Assembly (NCBI RefSeq): GCF_009914755.1
Contig: NC_060925.1
Source of the DNA: the human T2T-CHM13v2.0 reference genome, Homo sapiens
Reading direction: 5' to 3' (one strand)
Length of the DNA: 64,000 nt
Shown: positions 56,392 through 64,000 of the stretch, piece by piece
How the letters are laid out: every line of letters starts with the position of its first letter
Position numbering within the stretch: the stretch's first letter is position 1
Notes under the pieces: generated by a model
What the model was told of the DNA's origin: nothing
Databases searched by the model: none
Seen by the model: only the letters and a program-made list of their open reading frames with translations
Program-made: the position numbers and the translations under genes

Positions 56392-58290
56392 AAATTGGCT
56401 ACATAAATTTGTGAGGCCTGGTGTAAAATGAAAGTGTGGGGGTCTCTTGCTCAGAAAGCAGGGGGGAAATACTGTTAAAGATATCAAATATAAAGCTTTT
56501 TTCTCCTTTAGTCACTCTCACTACCTGTCATGGTGTTTTTTATTTGCAATTTAACATCATGCTCCCTTAGACAAGGAGTACTCGTGGGCCAAGTGTAGAC
56601 CCTCGTAGTCACCTGGTGGGTGGTTCAGCATGTGGGGTACTCGTGGGCCAGGTACAGACCCTTGTAGTCACCTGGTGGGTGGTTCAGCATGTGGGGTACT
56701 CGTGGGCCAGGTACAGACCCTCGTAGTCACGTGGTGGGTGGTTCAGCGTGTGGAATACTCGTGGGCCAGGTACAGACCCTTGTAGTCACCTGGTGGGTGG
56801 TCCAGCATGTGGGGTACTCGTGGGCCAGGTGTAGACCCTCGTAGTCACCTGGTGGGTGGTCCAGCATGTGGAGTACTCGTGGGCCAGGTGTAGACCCTCG
56901 TAGTCACCTGGTGGGTGGTCCAGCATGTGGAGTACTCGTGGGTCAGGTGTAGACCCTCGTAGTCACCTGGTGGGTGGTCCAGCATGTGGAGTACTCGTGG
57001 GCCAGGTATAGACCCTCGTAGTCACCTGCTGGGTGGTCCAGCATGTAGAGTACTCGTGGGCCAGGTGTAGACTCTCGTAGTCACCTGGTGGGTGGTCCAG
57101 CATGTGGAGTACTCGTGGGCCAGGTGTAGACCCTCGTAGTCACCTGGTGGGTGGTCCAGCATGTAGAGTACTCGTGGGCCAGGTGTAGACCCTCGTAGTC
57201 ACCTGGTGGGTGGTCCAGCATGTGGAGTACTCGTGGGCCAGGTGTAGACCCTCGTAGTCACCTGGTGGGTGGTCCAGCATGTGGAGTACTCGTGGGCCAT
57301 GTGTAGACCCTCGTAGTCACCTGGTGGGTGGTTCAGCATGTGGGGTACTCGTGGGCCAGGTACAGACGCTCGTAGTCACCTGGTGGGTGGTTCAGCATAT
57401 GGAATACTCGTGGGCCAGGTACAGACCCTCGTAGTCACCTGGTGGGTGGTTCAGCGTGTGGAATACTCGTGGGCCACATACAGACCCTCGTAGTCACCTG
57501 GTGGGTGGTTCAGCATGTGGAATAGTTGTGGGCCAGGTGCAGACCCTCGTAATCACCTGGTGGGTGGTTCAGCATGTGGAATACTTATGGGCCAGGTACA
57601 GACCCTTCTAGTCACCTGGTGGGTGGTTCAACATGTGCACAGCCCACCAGCCGCCATATTTCCCTTCTCAATAGACCTACACATCATGCCCAGCCAGTGG
57701 AGGGGTCTGAGGTAGTCAAGCCGTGTAGCTTCCCTTCATGGGCCTCCCACCTCAACCCCCGAGGGTATTGCAGCCTCTACACTGGGCCATGCTAGATACC
57801 TGGATTAGGGGGAGGCAAGAGGTTTACTCCTGCCAAGATGAGTAAGCCACGCCATCATCACCATCATTATGCCATGGTGCTGCCAGCCAGCATGGGACAG
57901 CCGCTAACGTGCCTTACTCCAGGACACTGCAGCGTGCAGTTGCCCTACCCCGACAATCCCCCAACACCTGAGCCTAGGCCCTCACCCAGGTCAAAGACAG
58001 AAGCAGCTTGTGGGACAGGGATTAAGGAGGGGAAGGCTGGTCAGGACCCAAGGTGCCAGAGCATGGAGGGGAATCAGGGGTAAATAATCCATCCCAGGGA
58101 GGCAGAGAGGCAGCAGGAGGCGGGACTGTACGGGAGCCAAAACCCCTCGTCCCCAGTGCATGCTTCATTGTCTCATCACACTTCGCTTACAAAACATAAT
58201 TTCAAAGATAAATTTGTTAACAATTTCAAGATAAATACTGTAGAGTACAGGACCCTTCTAAGCACTGCCTCTTTCCCCAGGCTCTCGACA
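56392..58290 (-). mobile_element. MER45B/C-like hAT-Tip100 fossil hosting the VNTR
   Basis: GGCTACATAAATTTGTGAGGCCTGGTGTAAAATGAAAGTGTGGGG at the left end and GCATGC..CATTGTC..CACTTCGCTTACAAAACA..TTCAAAGATAAA..AATTTCAAGA near the right end resemble recalled MER45 ends. Confidence 0.7.
56576..57637. repeat. Minisatellite/VNTR, 18 copies of a 59-bp unit (GAGTACTCGTGGGCCAGGTGTAGACCCTCGTAGTCACCTGGTGGGTGGTCCAGCATGTG)
   Basis: CTCGTGGGCC (or a variant) recurs every 59 nt from 56581 to 57584. Confidence 0.97.
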
Positions 58291-59446
58291 CCTATTGACT
58301 CTGCCCCCAAACCAGAGTTCTGACACTAGAAAGAATTCATGAACAATTATCATGTTAACATCCAAACTCTCTTGCTTTCTTCTTTCTCTGTCTCTCAAGA
58401 GTTAATAAAAAGGGAAAAGGATCCATGGAGTTGTGCTGAAACTAGTCTTCCCAAGTTCACTGTGACATTTTTCTGTTTCATCACTGTATCCCACTACTAT
58501 CTCTCTGTCTTCTGAAACTGCTGTGGCAAAGTCACTGAAGGTAATTGCCAAATTCGATGGGATTTTTTTGATCCTCTTACTGTAATACTTAATTTCTATA
58601 CCACATTTAATTCTGAGAATCACTTTCTTTTTGAAACTCTTTCATTCCTTCACTCCCTAATACCACTATGTTCTATTTCCATAATGGTTTTTTCCCAGTC
58701 TTTTCCTTTGGCTTTCTGTCATCTGTCCTTACCTTAAATGTCAATTCAATCCAGGGTTTTCTCTTCGGTCTTATTCTCAACTCTACACTTCAGCCTGTGC
58801 ACTAACTCAAGAAAGCCAAGAAAACTGATAAAGACCCAGAAGAATGCTGCTAATATTGTCTTTCCATGGAAATTCAGACTGTCACTTTAATGTCAGCTGA
58901 TACTGATTCCTTCTCTACAAGGTTACTGTATTAATACGAAAGCCTTTCTTTTATTATCGACAAGTATTTCCTTTTGCCTTCAAATTTTCCTTCCAGATAC
59001 GCTGGTAACTCACTCAGTGACTCAGTTCTTCTTCCCTGTGCCTCTGACAAGTAAGCATAACACAAGGCAGAAGGTATCAGCCCTGGAGCTGGGGTCTTTT
59101 TAATCAACCTTGGACTGTGTTGAACTCTGGGCATAGTTTACCTGTTAAGATATATAGTAGCTATTTTCAGCAGCTTTCTAACATATCAGATTGAACACAT
59201 GAAATAGAATATTCATTATATGGTCTCAGAAACTCACTGCATACTCATTTACTGATTCCCAAAACATTTTCATTTTGTTTTGTGCATGATAATGTACTAG
59301 ACACTGCAGTAATCAGCAAATGGAAGGACATAGTCATGAGGCACTGACTTTTAGAGATGATAAATGCTAAAAATATGCAGGTAACTTTACAGTGAAAAAA
59401 ACTTTCTAGAAAACATACAACTAAACATACAAATGAATATTAGTCC

Positions 59447-59586
59447 TTTTTTATTTTATAATTAAAAATAGAGACACGTTCTTACTATGTGTCCCAGGCT
59501 GGTCTCAAACTCCTGGGCTCAAGCAGTCCTCCTGCCTCGGGCTCCCAAAGTGCTGGGATTACAGGTGTGAGCCACCAGGCCCGGCC
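59447..59586 (-). mobile_element. FLAM_C-like monomer
   Basis: Monomer. Confidence 0.85.
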
Positions 59587-59759
59587 TGTTATTCCTTTCA
59601 GGGCTGGTGAGGGAAGGATTTGTCATGCTAAAAGACAAATTTCTGTTTGACATAAATTATAACATGTAAAGACTGTAGGGTTTTTTATGCAGAATGACAA
59701 TATCAACATTTTAAAGAAGATTAATCATGAAGTTTTGATTCTGTGAACTTGCAGTATTA

Positions 59760-60536
59760 AGGAAGCATGCAGATTTTTTTTTTTTTTTTTTTTTTTGGTG
59801 GAAAGAAAGAGGTTTATTGAAGTGCTAGCAGCTGAAGAGACAGCTGGAGTCAGGTCTCAAAAAGCCATCTCAAATTCTCAGGCTGGCTAATGGGGTTTGA
59901 AGAGGAAGGCGGCATGGAAACTATGTGCAGGAGTGATGTAGGTTGCAGGTCTGCTTGTCATTTTCCAGTGGCTGTCTTGAATAATGAACCCTCTGGAGGC
60001 CTTGGTGTCAACTTGCTTAGGTCAGGGTATGGATTAACTGTGCACCAATTTCTTCTCAGAAGGGAGAAAACTTTAACTGCCATCTCCACTTTACGCCTGA
60101 GTTGCTTTAAGATTAGCCTTTGGAATTCTCAAGCAAACACGTAGTTAGATATATGTATAGCAAGAAAAAAAAATGAGGGAGGGATTACTTTTTAAAGCAA
60201 GCTAGCAAATTGGCCGTACTGGTTACTGGGAGAGAGCATCAATGAGAAAAGAAATAGATTAGCACTGAGTATTAAGAAACCTCAACATTTAACAGGTTAT
60301 TGTTGGCAGACGAGCATTCAGTGGAGATTGTAAAGTGGTTAGAAATGTGTGAGGATGAACAGGAGAGGGTAAGGAGGGTACTTCAAGAAGCAAAGAGTGA
60401 TCAACAAGGACAAATGATGCTTTTTGTTAAAATCATATGAGGACTTTGAAATATTCATTTCGTAACTTCAAGGTCATTATTAATCTTAGCGTGAGCGGTT
60501 TTGGTGATGTTATTGAGGCAGGAAGCATGCAGATTT
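59760..60536 (-). mobile_element. Polyadenylated orphan retro-insertion (L2-like plus LTR-like sequence) with a 17-bp TSD
   Basis: AGGAAGCATGCAGATTT at 59760-59776 and 60520-60536; T23 at 59774-59796; minus-strand AATAAA at 59813-59818. Confidence 0.8.
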
Positions 60537-60761
60537 AAGCCACTCAGCCTTCTGTGATGACAAATGAGTATCAGTAACGATATTGATAAATAAATAGACA
60601 TGTGATTTTTTGTTTTTACATTTAGCCTTTAATTTTATATACCGTAATGAAATATAAAGAGAATATGCAAAGGTTTAGAAACATGTATCTTGAAAGTAGA
60701 ATATTCGACCTAATGTTTAACAGGCTGTTTACTAAAATATGTTTCCTCTTTTTCCAAGCAG

Positions 60762-60786
60762 ACATTTCTTTAACAACTTTACCCAG
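60762..60786 (+). CDS. CATSPERE: CATSPERE coding micro-exon 6 (25 nt): (R)HFFNNFTQ; the gene continues past the window end
   Basis: Polypyrimidine tract then AAGCAG|, donor CAG|GTAAAA; phase 2 to 0 fits exon 5; includes an N-glycosylation sequon NFT. Confidence 0.85.
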
Positions 60787-60929
60787 GTAAAATATTTTTT
60801 AAATTTTGTATAGCCTTCATATATCACTAGTATATTGTTTCTCTCTTATCTTCCATATTTACCAGATGAGGAATTTTTCAAATGAATTTTGCAATGATAT
60901 TTGCTTAGAGTATACCTTTCTATAAGACC

Positions 60930-61327
60930 CATTCAGGAGGTCCATGAGGTTCACCCTTTTCTAACCACCTATCTGCATAAGGATGGATCTTCCCCCCTTT
61001 TACTTCTACCGAGATAATATTCACCAACAACTTGGCTGAAGGAGCAGAGATGATTATCCAGCTGTCTTTTATTAATACAAATATTAAAGATAGTTTTTAA
61101 AATATTGAGCATCCATTCTTACTGATATTTTTCTTTTGAAAAATAGTTATTTTTCATAAAAATACGTTAATTAACATATAATAAATTTACCATAGTCTTG
61201 AAAAAAAATTATCTTTAAATGTTCTCAATTTTAATTTGTTATATAGTAAATACAGGTGGATCTAAACCACATAAAACAAAAGCCTTGTAGGATTCTTAAT
61301 AATTTTTAAAAGTATGAAGGGGGTCCT
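60930..61327 (+). mobile_element. Charlie1-family hAT fossil, interrupted near its end by the L1PA
   Basis: ATCCAGCTGTCTTTTATTAA and subterminal AATAATTTTTAAAAGTATGAAGGGGGTCCT resemble the recalled Charlie1 3' end. Confidence 0.65.

Positions 61328-64000
<2,673 letters not shown>

Noticed and set aside
56576-57637. CRISPR-like appearance of the regular, partly palindromic array
   Set aside because: The units are contiguous with no unique spacers, there are no cas genes and the context is a human intron; it is a minisatellite. The 59-nt period also rules out a coding repeat.

Overview
Human (or very close primate) genomic DNA; a near-consensus AluYa5 points to human. I recognise the locus as the head-to-head ADSS2/CATSPERE region (1q44). 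The minus strand carries coding exons 1-4 of ADSS2 (adenylosuccinate synthetase 2; ATG at 22137, CpG-island promoter). The plus strand carries coding exons 1-6 of CATSPERE (C1orf101, CatSper epsilon; ATG at 31751). The rest is mostly interspersed repeats: about 30 Alus, old and young L1s, MIR/L2, DNA transposon fossils and MaLR. Nearly all short ORFs in the supplied track are repeat-derived noise. I found no new protein-coding or multi-gene system. The most unusual structures are retrotransposition products. (1) The 7.25-kb LTR8/HUERS-P1-like element between the two promoters is not a provirus. It has the genomic-RNA layout R-U5-PBS-internal-PPT-U3-R-poly(A) and a 13-bp TSD at a TTTT/AAAA site, as expected for an L1-retroposed ERV transcript, and an Alu used the same target site. 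(2) A young ~745-bp polyadenylated orphan insertion with a perfect 17-bp TSD lies in CATSPERE intron 5. (3) An 18 x 59-bp E-box-rich VNTR has expanded inside a MER45 fossil. Repeat family names come from recalled consensus sequences, not from a database search.
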